Positions 1 through 9,556 of a DNA stretch of 62,141 nucleotides are shown here, piece after piece (positions within the stretch are counted from its first letter, which is position 1; each line of letters begins with the position of its first letter). Location: the IMG/VR virus record IMGVR_UViG_3300020057_000042, positions 1 through 62,141 of that record; one strand, given 5' to 3'. The notes beneath the pieces are model-generated. The model worked only from the letters and a program-made list of their open reading frames with translations, did no database searches and had not been told where the DNA came from. The translations under genes were made by a program, and so were the position numbers. The DNA is from a virus (Duplodnaviria > Caudoviricetes).

Positions 1-147
1 GTGTTCGGTGGTGACTCTGCTGACCCTGACACCGGGTACGCTTACGGGGGTGACTCGTCGGTCGGGGTCGTGTTCGGTGGTGACTCTGCTGACCCTGACA
101 CCGGGTACGCTTACGGGGGTGACTCGTCGGTCGGGGTCGTGTTCGGT
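1..147 (+). repeat. 69-bp coding tandem repeat (23 aa unit VFGGDSADPDTGYAYGGDSSVGV), also present at the window end
   Basis: Identical units at 1-69 and 70-138 plus a partial unit; the same unit occurs at 62009-62141. Confidence 0.95.
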
Positions 148-168
148 GAAGACGGGAGAGCAGGCTGA
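1..168 (+). CDS. C-terminal end of the LamG/repeat fibre protein that begins at 60092 (wraps the origin)
   Basis: Frame 1 reads the same repeat peptide as the window end and stops at TGA 166-168, overlapping the ATG at 168 (TGATG coupling). Confidence 0.8.
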   Translation: MFGGDSADPDTGYAYGGDSSVGVVFGGDSADPDTGYAYGGDSSVGVVFGEDGRAG

Positions 169-1331
169 TGGGGGTTTACCAGAACGGGACTTTTGTCAGG
201 ATCACCGAAACCTTCGGTATCGAAACGGTGCCGGGCAACTTCCTGACATTCGTTCCCACTGACCCGACGACTGTCACCTTCTACCTTCGTGACCCTGACA
301 ACGTAGTAGTCACCTACGTCTTTGGCGTTGATGGGGAGATCACGAACCCCTCGGTGGGTGTCTACATTTTCGAGCCGGGAGCAAGCAGTCTCGGCGGCAA
401 CTGGTTTTACCGGGCGGAAGGGGCGGGAGCGGTTGTCGCCACGATCGAAGGTGAGTTCAGGATCCTCCCTTCCTCGGTGCTCGCTCTGGTTGTCAGCGAA
501 CCCGTCAACGGACCCTGTCAGGTCTGGTGCGATCCGCAGGACATCATCGAGTGTTCCATCATCGACGTTGGTTCCGACACAAGCATCCTTGAAGCAGCAG
601 CGGCAGCAGCATCCGAAGTGCTGTTCGAGCTTTCCGGGCGACAGTATTCAGGACGATGCTCGCAAACTGTCAGGCCGTGTTCTGACGGCTGCGGCTGCTG
701 GCCTTCCCTGTTCCCTGGTTTGTCACCCGGTGCCCCTCAGTACCCGGCTGGTTGGGGGCCGTGGGGCTTCTGGCGCGGAGGATGGGGATGGGGAGGCTCT
801 GACTGCGGCTGCTCGTGCCTTTCCCGAGCGCTCCTTCCCGGCTACCCGGTCACCTCGATCACGTCCGTGAAGATCGACGGTGTTGCTCTCGCGACAACCG
901 AATACCGTTTGGACGAATGGCGGTACCTGACACGGATGGCTGACGCAAACGGTGACGCCCAGTATTGGCCCGGATGCCAAAGGCTCGACCTCGACGACAC
1001 CGAGGAAGGAACGTGGTCAGTCACCTATGTGCACGGTGTCGTTCCTCCCGAGATCGGCAAGCAAGCAGCGGCGCAACTCGGAGCAGAGATTTACCAGTCA
1101 TGCATAGGCGGGGCGTGCAAACTCCCTTCAGGAACCGTTCAGGTGACACGGGCAGGGGTGAGCATTCAGAAGGCACCGTTCGTCTCCTGGGGTATGCAGA
1201 GAGGAAACTGGGCGACAGGTCTGCCTCTCGTCGATCTTTTCCTTTCGAGCCGAAACCCTGCGGGGCTGAAGCGAAGGCCCGTTGGCTGGGGTCCGGGGCA
1301 ACCGAAATATGCTCGTAAGGTCGGCGTATGA
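168..1331 (+). CDS. Head-to-tail adaptor with an extra N-terminal beta-sandwich domain
   Basis: ASEVLFELSGRQYSGRCSQTVRPC, Cys-rich centre, WPGCQRL and CKLPSGTVQVTRAGVSI resemble actinophage adaptors; position fits. Confidence 0.75.
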   Translation: MGVYQNGTFVRITETFGIETVPGNFLTFVPTDPTTVTFYLRDPDNVVVTYVFGVDGEITNPSVGVYIFEPGASSLGGNWFYRAEGAGAVVATIEGEFRILPSSVLALVVSEPVNGPCQVWCDPQDIIECSIIDVGSDTSILEAAAAAASEVLFELSGRQYSGRCSQTVRPCSDGCGCWPSLFPGLSPGAPQYPAGWGPWGFWRGGWGWGGSDCGCSCLSRALLPGYPVTSITSVKIDGVALATTEYRLDEWRYLTRMADANGDAQYWPGCQRLDLDDTEEGTWSVTYVHGVVPPEIGKQAAAQLGAEIYQSCIGGACKLPSGTVQVTRAGVSIQKAPFVSWGMQRGNWATGLPLVDLFLSSRNPAGLKRRPVGWGPGQPKYARKVGV

Positions 1332-1837
1332 GCGTCGTCGTTTCCACCGTCGAGAGCGTCACCACTCTCGCTCGTGAGGTGCTCGCGGTTGCCGAGGATT
1401 CTCTTGCGCTTACCGCTGGCGGGATTCCCGCTCGCTCCTACATCGCCCCCGATCCAGTCATCATGGATTGCTGCCCCTTCCTCTCGGTTTCGGTCCCGAG
1501 GATCGGTGAGGAAACGACATCTCCTTTCTCGCCTCCGGCCGCGACAGGCCATCGGACGCAGTTCGGCAGAGTCAACCTCGTCTCCTTCAACGTCGTTGCC
1601 GTTCGCTGCGCTCCCGAATCCGACAACGCCGACGACATCGAGTACGTGACTGACCTTGTCTTGCAGGATGGCTGGAGCCTGTGGTGTGGCTTCTATGACG
1701 CGATCAGGGACGGCAGGTTCAAGGACGAATGTCAGAACACCCATTTTGACTCGGGGACGGCAGTGAGGGAGCAGGGCATGTGTGTGGGATGGCTCTTTCG
1801 GTTCCGTACCGAGTTGAACGGCATCCCGCAAGCCTGA
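1328..1837 (+). CDS. Putative tail terminator / neck protein
   Basis: Coupled to the adaptor; DCC and AVRC motifs as in actinophage neck genes. Confidence 0.55.
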   Translation: MSVVVSTVESVTTLAREVLAVAEDSLALTAGGIPARSYIAPDPVIMDCCPFLSVSVPRIGEETTSPFSPPAATGHRTQFGRVNLVSFNVVAVRCAPESDNADDIEYVTDLVLQDGWSLWCGFYDAIRDGRFKDECQNTHFDSGTAVREQGMCVGWLFRFRTELNGIPQA

Positions 1838-2169
1838 TGTCTTTCGTGCCGAACGTGGCGGGATTGGAATTCCTGTTCACGAACCCGACAGGCGGCATCG
1901 CTGATGAACTGAGTGCGCAGGGTGATCGGCTCGTTGCTGTCTCACGCGACTACCTGGGAACACAGTGGCCGGGTGGCCCTAGTTCTCCTCCGCAGCCGTT
2001 CCGTCGTTCGGGTGACTTGCAGGCTTCAATCCGTGCCACTGAGCCTCGGGTGGTGGACAGCGTTTTGCAGGTTCAGTTGGTCGCTGATGCTACTCACCGG
2101 GGTTGGGCGTACCCGTTCGTCTTGCGCGAGCGCGGCTTCCAGTTCATAGACCTCGATGTTTTGTCGTAG
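1837..2169 (+). CDS. Neck protein, HK97 gp10-like
   Basis: ATG overlaps the previous TGA; RSGDLQASIR motif. Confidence 0.5.
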   Translation: MSFVPNVAGLEFLFTNPTGGIADELSAQGDRLVAVSRDYLGTQWPGGPSSPPQPFRRSGDLQASIRATEPRVVDSVLQVQLVADATHRGWAYPFVLRERGFQFIDLDVLS

Positions 2170-2261
2170 CGGTGTCCTGAGTCGCGGTTAGGATTATGGC
2201 TGCGGGAGGTCGTCGGCGAGGCGGACTCCCGCACTAAATCCTCGCCAACCGAAGGAGAGAC

Positions 2262-2687
2262 ATGAGGGATTTTGACAAGGAGCGCACCGAGCGCCACGGG
2301 GAGCGCGAGAGAGCGCTGGGCGACCGAGACATTACCTTCGGCGGCGAAGTTTTCCGCTACGAATCGAACGTCTCCTACGACGTTTTGCGCCGTCTGACAT
2401 CGGATGTTCCGTTGCAGGGTGAGGCGTACATCACCGCGATCGAGAACTCGGTGCTGGATCTGATCGAGGATGAGGGTGACGCGCACAAGCGGTTCCTGAA
2501 GCTGTGCAAACGGAAGAAGGACCCGGTCACGTTCGATGACTTACAGACGCTGTGTACGGCGCTCGTGGAGTTGGCGTTCAGCCGCCCTACGGAAGCGTCC
2601 TTGCCCTCTGGCGATGGACGCGAGACAACTGGAACGACATCGACGGAGCCAACGTCTTCCGAACCGGCCGTGGCATCGGCAGCCTGA
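2262..2687 (+). CDS. Tail assembly chaperone (gpG-like)
   Basis: GAAGGAG RBS; lies before the tape measure; low-complexity S/T tail after RPT. Confidence 0.7.
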   Translation: MRDFDKERTERHGERERALGDRDITFGGEVFRYESNVSYDVLRRLTSDVPLQGEAYITAIENSVLDLIEDEGDAHKRFLKLCKRKKDPVTFDDLQTLCTALVELAFSRPTEASLPSGDGRETTGTTSTEPTSSEPAVASAA

Positions 2688-2896
2688 GTGGCCCGGAACT
2701 CATCAACCTTGTGTATCACTCGTTGGTGCGCAACATGAGTCAGCCTGAGCGGGCGAAACTCGATCTGGACTTGGCTCCTGCCGAGATGCGGGAGAAGACG
2801 ATCGACCAGCAGAACGCTGAGGCGATGAAGCTGTTTACGGGCGGCAAGGAGATGCCGATGCCGCAGCCGCTTGCTCATAAGAGGCGTAAAACGTGA
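2582..2896 (+). CDS. Tail assembly chaperone extension (gpT-like, -1 frame)
   Basis: Overlapping -1 frame ORF ending at the tape-measure start, no good start of its own. Confidence 0.6.
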   Translation, partial: PPYGSVLALWRWTRDNWNDIDGANVFRTGRGIGSLSGPELINLVYHSLVRNMSQPERAKLDLDLAPAEMREKTIDQQNAEAMKLFTGGKEMPMPQPLAHKRRKT

Positions 2897-5739
2897 GTGG
2901 GGTAGATGTAGGGACTGCGTTCGTCACGGTCTTGCCAACGCCGGGCGTTTTCCAAGCCGCGCTCATAGCGCAGGTGAATGCGGCGGTCGTGAAAGCGCAA
3001 GCGCAAATCACACCTCTGGTCGTTGGGGCTGCGACAGCCAGCAACGCTCGGACGGGGCAAGCTGCTGCTGCCGCGACAACCCAGACAACCGCTCTTGCCA
3101 ACGCCGCGACCTTGGCTGCTGGTGCAACATCGACGCAGGCTCGTGCTGCTCTTGCCGTCACGAAAGCGTTGGACGCAGAGGCGGTAGCGAACGCACGTCT
3201 TGCCTCGGCCATCGCCGCCGGTACCAATCAGCAGCGCATCCAGACGCTGACGACGCGAGCGGCCATCGCTACCGAGTCCGTTCGGATCTCCCAGTTGCGA
3301 GTGCAGGAGGCAGCCGTTGTCAGTTCGACAGCGAACGCGAACGCGGCACGCGGCGCTCTCGTCGGACTGTCGCGCATCACCCCCGGCGTGGTGCTTGGTC
3401 TTCAGGGAATAGGTGTCGCGGCCATCGTCGCTGGTTTGGCAATCAAGGGAGCGGTCACGTCTGCTGCTGATTTCGAGGAGCAGATCAACACGTTCGCTGC
3501 TGTCACCGGAGCGTCTGCTGATGAGATCAGGAGAGTGCAGCAGGCAGCACAGGATCTCGGTGCGGATCTGAGTCTCCCTGCTACGTCCGCCGGTGATGCT
3601 GCGGTTGCGATGACGGAACTCGCGAAAGCCGGGTTGTCCGTCAACGACACGCTGGATGCTTCACGAGGCGTGTTGCAGTTGGCGACGGCAGCGAACATTG
3701 ACGTTGGCTCGGCAGCCCAGATCGCTGCCACCCAGTTGAACGCCTTCCAACTCGCTGGCGATCAGGCAACTCGGGTTGCCGAACTCCTCGCTGACGCTTC
3801 GATTGCCGCCCAAGGCGAGATCACCGATTTCGCCGCTGGCTTCCAGCAGGTGTCGGCGGTTGCGAATCAGGTGGGGTTGAGCATCGAGAACACGACGGGG
3901 TTGCTGACGCAACTCGGTTTGGCTGGATTGAAGGGCGCTGACGGAGGCACGTCTCTGCGTACCGCCTTGCTTCGCTTGGTGCCGACGACGAAGGAAGCCA
4001 AGTTGTTTCAGGATGCTTTGGGAATCAGCATTGATAAGACGCTGTCGATTGGCGAGCAGATCGTCCCGCTGATCGAGCAGTACCGCACCGCGCTTGCCGA
4101 TTTGACTCCTGTTCAGCAGCAGCAGACACTCACTCAGATTTTCGGTCAGGACGCGATCCGGGCTGCATCCATCATCTTCTCGCAGCAGGAGGGGGAACTT
4201 CGCCGGTTGACCGCTGCGTTTGAGGATCAGAACTCGATCCAGGATCTGACGGAAGCGAAAGCGAAGGGGCTGAAGGGACAGTTCAGGGGACTTCAGTCAC
4301 AGACGGAAACGCTGGGGTTGAAGTTGGGCGATCTGGTTGATGGGCCTTTGACCGAGTTGACGGGCGAACTCGCCAATATCGTCTCTGGAGCCAATGAAGC
4401 TGCCGACGCTATGGCTGCCTTCTTCAGTAAGATCGGCTCGATCGAAGTCCCTGACTTCTTGAGGGAAGATCAGGGAGACACACTAGGTGATTCTCTCGAA
4501 AGGATCGCCAAGCGCGCTGCTTTCTTCCTCCCGAAGACAGGGAAGGAGGTTGTCAATCAGATCAAGAAGGCTCGTGCAACGGTACGTGAGGAAATAGCGC
4601 GGCAGGCTCGCTTGGATGCTCTTGCAGACGGTGGGCAGTTCGGTATCACGACGCTACCTCCCGATCCCGGCCCAGCCCCTAATGCAGTGAGGAATGGTCC
4701 CACTCCTGTCTTGACGGAATCGGCGAAGAGAAGAAGGGCGGCGATCGAGGAAGCTACTCGTGCAAAGGCTGAATCCGACAAAGCCCTGGAGGGAATTCTC
4801 GTTCCATTGAAGTTGCGACAGGCTGTCATCGACGCTCAGATTCGAGGATCACTGCAAGCCGAACTAGTTGCCGACAACAAGATCGTGGCTTTCTTCAAGG
4901 CCAAGCTGTCTCGGCTGAAGAAGGGCACGGAGGCGTTCCTGGTTGTGTCGGGACAGTTGCAGTCGGCGCAGTCCCAGCGTGACGCTGTTTTGGGCGAGAT
5001 CGCCTCTAATGAGGATAGGGCTGCGGCGGAGCAGGAGGCACGGAGGCGGGATGCGGCGGCGGAAGCCACACGCCGTGCCAACGAGGCAATCGAGAACGAG
5101 AGGCAGCGTCAGGCCGCGCAGGAGCAGTTGCGTCAGACGATCCTTGACATCCAACTTCAGAGCAGCGACAACCGAATATCCCGTGCGTCAGGAACGACGA
5201 GGACATCTGACGAAAAGCGCGAGTTCAACATTCGCATCAAGATTCTGGATACCGAGAGGGATCGTTTCGCGGCTATCGCTCGTGCGGCGAAGAAGGGTTC
5301 CCAGAAGGCTCTTGATGCGACCCTGGAGGTGAAGCGGCTGGACGGGCAGATCATCGCGATTCGGACTCAGATCAAGAACCTCGGCAAGAGCACGGGTGGT
5401 GGAGATAGCGGAGGCTTTACGCTCTCCCAGTTGTTTCAGGAGGCAGCCGATCAGTTCAACACATTCGGTTCCAACATCGCGGGTCGCAACGGTGTGCTTT
5501 CCGGCCAGGACGCAAGGGGAGCACTAGGGCAAACCGTGAAAGCGTTGAATCCTACTCTGCCTGTCCTTGACGCGACTCTCTCGGAGAGTGAGAAACAGAC
5601 GGCGTACCTCGCTACGATTGCAGCAATGATTTCTCGTGGGGCTACAACCGTTCCTGCTCCCATCACCGGGAACCGAGGACGCATTGGTTCTCTAACTGCG
5701 ATTGACGCCACTAAGGCGGCGGCGGTCTTCGGTTACTGA
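2893..5739 (+). CDS. Tape measure protein (TP901-type)
   Basis: 948 aa Ala-rich helical; LPATSAGDAAVAMTELAKAG, GADGGTSLRT and IFGQDAIRAA motifs. Confidence 0.92.
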   Translation: MSGVDVGTAFVTVLPTPGVFQAALIAQVNAAVVKAQAQITPLVVGAATASNARTGQAAAAATTQTTALANAATLAAGATSTQARAALAVTKALDAEAVANARLASAIAAGTNQQRIQTLTTRAAIATESVRISQLRVQEAAVVSSTANANAARGALVGLSRITPGVVLGLQGIGVAAIVAGLAIKGAVTSAADFEEQINTFAAVTGASADEIRRVQQAAQDLGADLSLPATSAGDAAVAMTELAKAGLSVNDTLDASRGVLQLATAANIDVGSAAQIAATQLNAFQLAGDQATRVAELLADASIAAQGEITDFAAGFQQVSAVANQVGLSIENTTGLLTQLGLAGLKGADGGTSLRTALLRLVPTTKEAKLFQDALGISIDKTLSIGEQIVPLIEQYRTALADLTPVQQQQTLTQIFGQDAIRAASIIFSQQEGELRRLTAAFEDQNSIQDLTEAKAKGLKGQFRGLQSQTETLGLKLGDLVDGPLTELTGELANIVSGANEAADAMAAFFSKIGSIEVPDFLREDQGDTLGDSLERIAKRAAFFLPKTGKEVVNQIKKARATVREEIARQARLDALADGGQFGITTLPPDPGPAPNAVRNGPTPVLTESAKRRRAAIEEATRAKAESDKALEGILVPLKLRQAVIDAQIRGSLQAELVADNKIVAFFKAKLSRLKKGTEAFLVVSGQLQSAQSQRDAVLGEIASNEDRAAAEQEARRRDAAAEATRRANEAIENERQRQAAQEQLRQTILDIQLQSSDNRISRASGTTRTSDEKREFNIRIKILDTERDRFAAIARAAKKGSQKALDATLEVKRLDGQIIAIRTQIKNLGKSTGGGDSGGFTLSQLFQEAADQFNTFGSNIAGRNGVLSGQDARGALGQTVKALNPTLPVLDATLSESEKQTAYLATIAAMISRGATTVPAPITGNRGRIGSLTAIDATKAAAVFGY

Positions 5740-6584
5740 TGCCTGCCGTCCCTAAGTGGGCTTCGCCCATCCAGTTCGACGTTACGAACCCGTACAACGG
5801 CACCCTGATCTTGAACGTCCTTTCCGATCGGCTCTACCTTCTTGACCAGGAGAATTGTTCTTTCGACATCACTGTTCGTTCCACAACCGACGATGTTCCG
5901 CAGGCTGACGGGTCGATCCTTCACCATCGTTTCCTCACTGGCACCCAGATGCAGCTTGCAATCCAACTGTGGGAGAGCGCCGACACTGTTGCTTGTGACG
6001 CGCTTCTCGCGGAAATGGTTGGCGACCTCACCGGGGCGTTCCGTAGTCTTCTGAATGCCGGTGATAACGCGGGTAGGTTGACGTGGCAGGTCGACGGAGG
6101 GAACGACCGTATCCTCGACGACATTCGGTTGCTCGCCTATCCGGCATTCACAATGTCGGGTCCGCTCGGGATCGTGACGGTGACAATCGACTCACAGTAT
6201 CCGTATGCGCAGGATTTGACGCAGCAGTTGACGACGATCACTGATGGGAACACGGCGGTTCTCGCGAATACAGGTTCGGCTGACTACTTGCCTGTCTTCC
6301 AGGTTTCCAACTTGTCTGGTTCAACCTTCACGCTGGAGAACGTGACGACCGGGATCGAGTTCAATTACAACGACGCGCTGCCGGGTGGGATAGCGATTAC
6401 AGGTGCCAATTACGCTGAGATCGACACGTTCCGCAACACGATCTTCCTGAACGGAAGTGGTGCGAACCTGAAGGCAGGAGTGGTTCAGTTGTCCTCCGAT
6501 TACTGGGCGCTCGTGGCGGGGAATAACACGGTGGGAATCACGGGCGCTGACGTTGACATTCTCTGGGCACCAGCACACGGATAA
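5739..6584 (+). CDS. Distal tail protein (Dit-like)
   Basis: Directly after the TMP; NTGSADYLPV and WALVAGNNTV motifs. Confidence 0.7.
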   Translation: MPAVPKWASPIQFDVTNPYNGTLILNVLSDRLYLLDQENCSFDITVRSTTDDVPQADGSILHHRFLTGTQMQLAIQLWESADTVACDALLAEMVGDLTGAFRSLLNAGDNAGRLTWQVDGGNDRILDDIRLLAYPAFTMSGPLGIVTVTIDSQYPYAQDLTQQLTTITDGNTAVLANTGSADYLPVFQVSNLSGSTFTLENVTTGIEFNYNDALPGGIAITGANYAEIDTFRNTIFLNGSGANLKAGVVQLSSDYWALVAGNNTVGITGADVDILWAPAHG

Positions 6585-7432
6585 TGTCCAATCAGGCCAA
6601 AGCAAGTTATGCGGGCGGAAGCGTCAACCTCACTTGGGATGCGGTCACTCCCGAGAACGACCTTTATGTGAGTTGCGGGTTCGGTTTGACGGCTTCCGCG
6701 CGGGCGGCGCTTGTCGCGGGAGGAGACGGCAGTCAGGCACTCGACATTACGATTGTGAATGACACATTCGGGTACTCCCAACTCTTCACCCTGCTCCTGT
6801 GGAACGATACGGGAACGATAAAATGGGCCTTCTACTCTGACTTCCTGGGCGGCACGTTCGGTTACATCACGACGAACCACACGGAGGCTGATGTGTTTCA
6901 TCTCGTCGAGATGGCTTCTGTTTTTGGGGTGGGGCTGAAGGTCAGGATTGACGGTGACGACTACGGCACGTTTCTCGCTGACGTCCTTACTCCCAACGCG
7001 GTTCTTGCAAGATGGGGGCCGTACAGTTCCCCGGTTGACGGAGACTATTACCTGGAAGACGTGAAGATCGGGACGACCGCTTACGGCTCCAGCGATCTGT
7101 TCACTTCCACTTTCCCTTCGTTCACGGGTTTCTTCTCGTCTTCGGCTGTCGCTCCCGCCACTCTCACTCTCGTAACGGACGAGTTCGGCGGCGGGGGGGC
7201 GGTGGCAACAGCGGCCACGGACGTGAGTGCCACTCAGGCGACGTTCAACGGGACAGTGAACCCTGGGGGAGTGGCTACGACTGCTTACTTCGAGTACGGA
7301 CGTACCGTTGCCTACGGAGCAGCAACGACTCCCGTGAGTGTAGGGTCGGGTGTTGTCGCCGTTCCGGTAAGCGCGGTCGTGGGAGGACTCGTACCTTCGC
7401 AGGAATATCACTATCGGGTAGTGTCGTCCTGA
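6584..7432 (+). CDS. Minor tail protein with C-terminal fibronectin-III-like domain
   Basis: ATFNGTVNPGG..TTAYFEYG..GLVPSQEYHYRVV pattern. Confidence 0.65.
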   Translation: MSNQAKASYAGGSVNLTWDAVTPENDLYVSCGFGLTASARAALVAGGDGSQALDITIVNDTFGYSQLFTLLLWNDTGTIKWAFYSDFLGGTFGYITTNHTEADVFHLVEMASVFGVGLKVRIDGDDYGTFLADVLTPNAVLARWGPYSSPVDGDYYLEDVKIGTTAYGSSDLFTSTFPSFTGFFSSSAVAPATLTLVTDEFGGGGAVATAATDVSATQATFNGTVNPGGVATTAYFEYGRTVAYGAATTPVSVGSGVVAVPVSAVVGGLVPSQEYHYRVVSS

Positions 7433-8706
7433 TGCCCGTCTCTGGCGACATCCAGTTCGCAACTGATTCTGTAGGTTCGTTCAACTCTCCTCTGTGGCGC
7501 TACTTCCTCGCTTCCCTGGACGGGGAGGGAATTACGGATCTATCAAAGCTCGCATCCGACCGTTTTGTCGAGGTGACGTTGAACGCTCCTTTGACGGTCG
7601 AGGGAACAGCGCCTTCGGACAACTCGCAGGTGTGGCTTCCGTCGGTTACGGAAGGCGACCCATATCTCGCCGAGGGGACACGCTTGCTGTGGGCGTTCCG
7701 GCGGGAGTTCAACACGCCCCCCTATTACGTTGTCCGTGGCGCGACGTTATGCCAGATGATCGAGGACACGGCGGCGCAGGACGATGCTCGCACTCGCTTC
7801 ATTGGGTATGACCCGTGGAGATACCTGATGTCGCGCCCCGTGTGCAATGCAGACGGAGTGCTCCCAGGTGTGAACGGTCTTTCGTTTTCCGCCACGCAGG
7901 CGTCCGTCGTAATCGGCACCTTGCTCGCAAATACGATTATCAACCACGGTCATTCCTACGTCGATGCCGGGGCAACATACGTCGGTACGGGATTCTACAC
8001 GGGCACTCTGGAGACGGGTGCGGGGATGGTCATTGACATCAATTTCCAGCAGGGAACGACGGTGGGACAGGCGTGGCAGCAGGTCACTAATCTCAATGTT
8101 TGCGACATCGTCCTCGAACCCATTTACGATCCGTTGAACCGCCCCAACTACCTTGTGCAGTTGAACGTCCACGCGCAGGCCGGAGTGATCCGAGATGAAC
8201 AAATCTTTGCCTGGAACATGCCGGGTCGTTCACTTGTCGGACTTTCACGCGTACTAGACGGAACGTCGAGGGCAAACAAGGTGAAGTTCTTTGCCGGTCA
8301 GGGAGGGAAGTACGCGACCGATCGCGCTGACCCTCCCGAGACGGACGCAATTTCGGTGGCGAAGTACGGCGAGTATTGGGCGCAGCAGTTCTTCCCTGGG
8401 CAGATCATCCCCGAGGCCGTCCTCAGTCTCGCTCAACGCCAACTTGCGATCCGCAAGGATGGGAGGGAGACGGTGACGTTCAAGCCCGCTCCCGAGCGCA
8501 GCCCGCGCCCGTGGCAGGACTACCAACTTGGTGATCGCGTTCCCGTTTGGGCTTCGCAGGAGGCGTTTCGACAACTGCTGGGTGCCACTGTTTTAGGCAC
8601 GATGGAAGAGACTCAGTACCAGCGGATCTACGGTTGGCGCACCAACATTTCGGATGATGCTTTAGAGACGATTGATCCTATCCTCACCTCACCACAAGGA
8701 TTCTGA
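7432..8706 (+). CDS. Baseplate hub / Tal-like minor tail protein
   Basis: 424 aa after Dit; DYQLGDRV near the C-terminus, typical of siphovirus hub proteins. Confidence 0.7.
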   Translation: MPVSGDIQFATDSVGSFNSPLWRYFLASLDGEGITDLSKLASDRFVEVTLNAPLTVEGTAPSDNSQVWLPSVTEGDPYLAEGTRLLWAFRREFNTPPYYVVRGATLCQMIEDTAAQDDARTRFIGYDPWRYLMSRPVCNADGVLPGVNGLSFSATQASVVIGTLLANTIINHGHSYVDAGATYVGTGFYTGTLETGAGMVIDINFQQGTTVGQAWQQVTNLNVCDIVLEPIYDPLNRPNYLVQLNVHAQAGVIRDEQIFAWNMPGRSLVGLSRVLDGTSRANKVKFFAGQGGKYATDRADPPETDAISVAKYGEYWAQQFFPGQIIPEAVLSLAQRQLAIRKDGRETVTFKPAPERSPRPWQDYQLGDRVPVWASQEAFRQLLGATVLGTMEETQYQRIYGWRTNISDDALETIDPILTSPQGF

Positions 8707-9341
8707 TGAGCAGTATTCCGTATCGTTCCAGTGTTCCGCAGGCCCTCGGTGAGAACCGCGACCGAATCAAGATCCTCGAAGCCGTGCCGGGAGGAACGAG
8801 CGAACCTTCTTACGCCTATGGGTTCAGTTATGAGACTCCCGTCACTGTTGCTGCTGGTGGCTCTGTTAGGTTGGGAATCAACAACTTCTGGACGAACGCG
8901 CTCGACACCGTGTTCTCGACGGGCGCGGCAACCTCACCAAATAACAATGTCACGGGCGACCTTTACCTCCATTTCGCTGCGGCTGGTTTGTTCGTCGTAT
9001 ATGCCGATGTGTTCTGGGATGACGCAACCTATTCGCGCACGACGTGGGTGGACACGACGTGCGTGCAGTTCAACCAGCAGGAGTTGAACTCGGGTGGCGA
9101 GTTCAACGACAAGGAAGCGGGGAACAGCGATCCGTTGCAGGACCGGATGGCGCTCTATAACCTTGTTGACCAATACACGCTGACGAACAGTCCGACGTAC
9201 TACCATCGGGCGTCGACGCTCGTCTTCAACGAAGATGTTGTTGACCGGGATGTGCTCTATTCGACACTCGCTGCGGTCTACTGGCCGATGACGAACAATA
9301 TGCAGAACACCCCTGACACGGATCTTGTTTACGAGTCGTAG
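8706..9341 (+). CDS. Minor tail protein (possible receptor-binding)
   Basis: Short coiled N-terminus (RDRIKILEA) then a beta-rich domain; position. Confidence 0.5.
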   Translation: MSSIPYRSSVPQALGENRDRIKILEAVPGGTSEPSYAYGFSYETPVTVAAGGSVRLGINNFWTNALDTVFSTGAATSPNNNVTGDLYLHFAAAGLFVVYADVFWDDATYSRTTWVDTTCVQFNQQELNSGGEFNDKEAGNSDPLQDRMALYNLVDQYTLTNSPTYYHRASTLVFNEDVVDRDVLYSTLAAVYWPMTNNMQNTPDTDLVYES

Positions 9342-9349
9342 GAGGACGA

Positions 9350-9556
9350 ATGTTCTTTGCAGCGGTAGAGCTAGTTGATGGTGAAGTTCATCTCTTCAAG
9401 GGACTTCGTGGTTTCCGCAAAGACGCTCTTTGTGGTGTCGTCATAAACGCTGTCGAGGTCGACCCGAGGCCCGGTAAGGCACCGAAGTTGGAGCCGACGT
9501 GCAGGGCGTGCATTGAGGCGGCGACCGCTTCTTCAGGGATACTTGCCTTGTGTTGA
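9350..9556 (+). CDS. Hypothetical Cys-containing protein
   Basis: AGGAGG RBS, ATG. Confidence 0.5.
   Translation: MFFAAVELVDGEVHLFKGLRGFRKDALCGVVINAVEVDPRPGKAPKLEPTCRACIEAATASSGILALC

Noticed and set aside
1-147. Terminal 69-bp repeats as a CRISPR array or true terminal repeats
   Set aside because: There are no spacers, the unit is a multiple of 3 and in frame within a gene; more likely an assembly break in a coding repeat
8-262. ORF-track 84-aa ORF
   Set aside because: Wrong frame; frame 1 continues the fibre gene and couples to the ATG at 168
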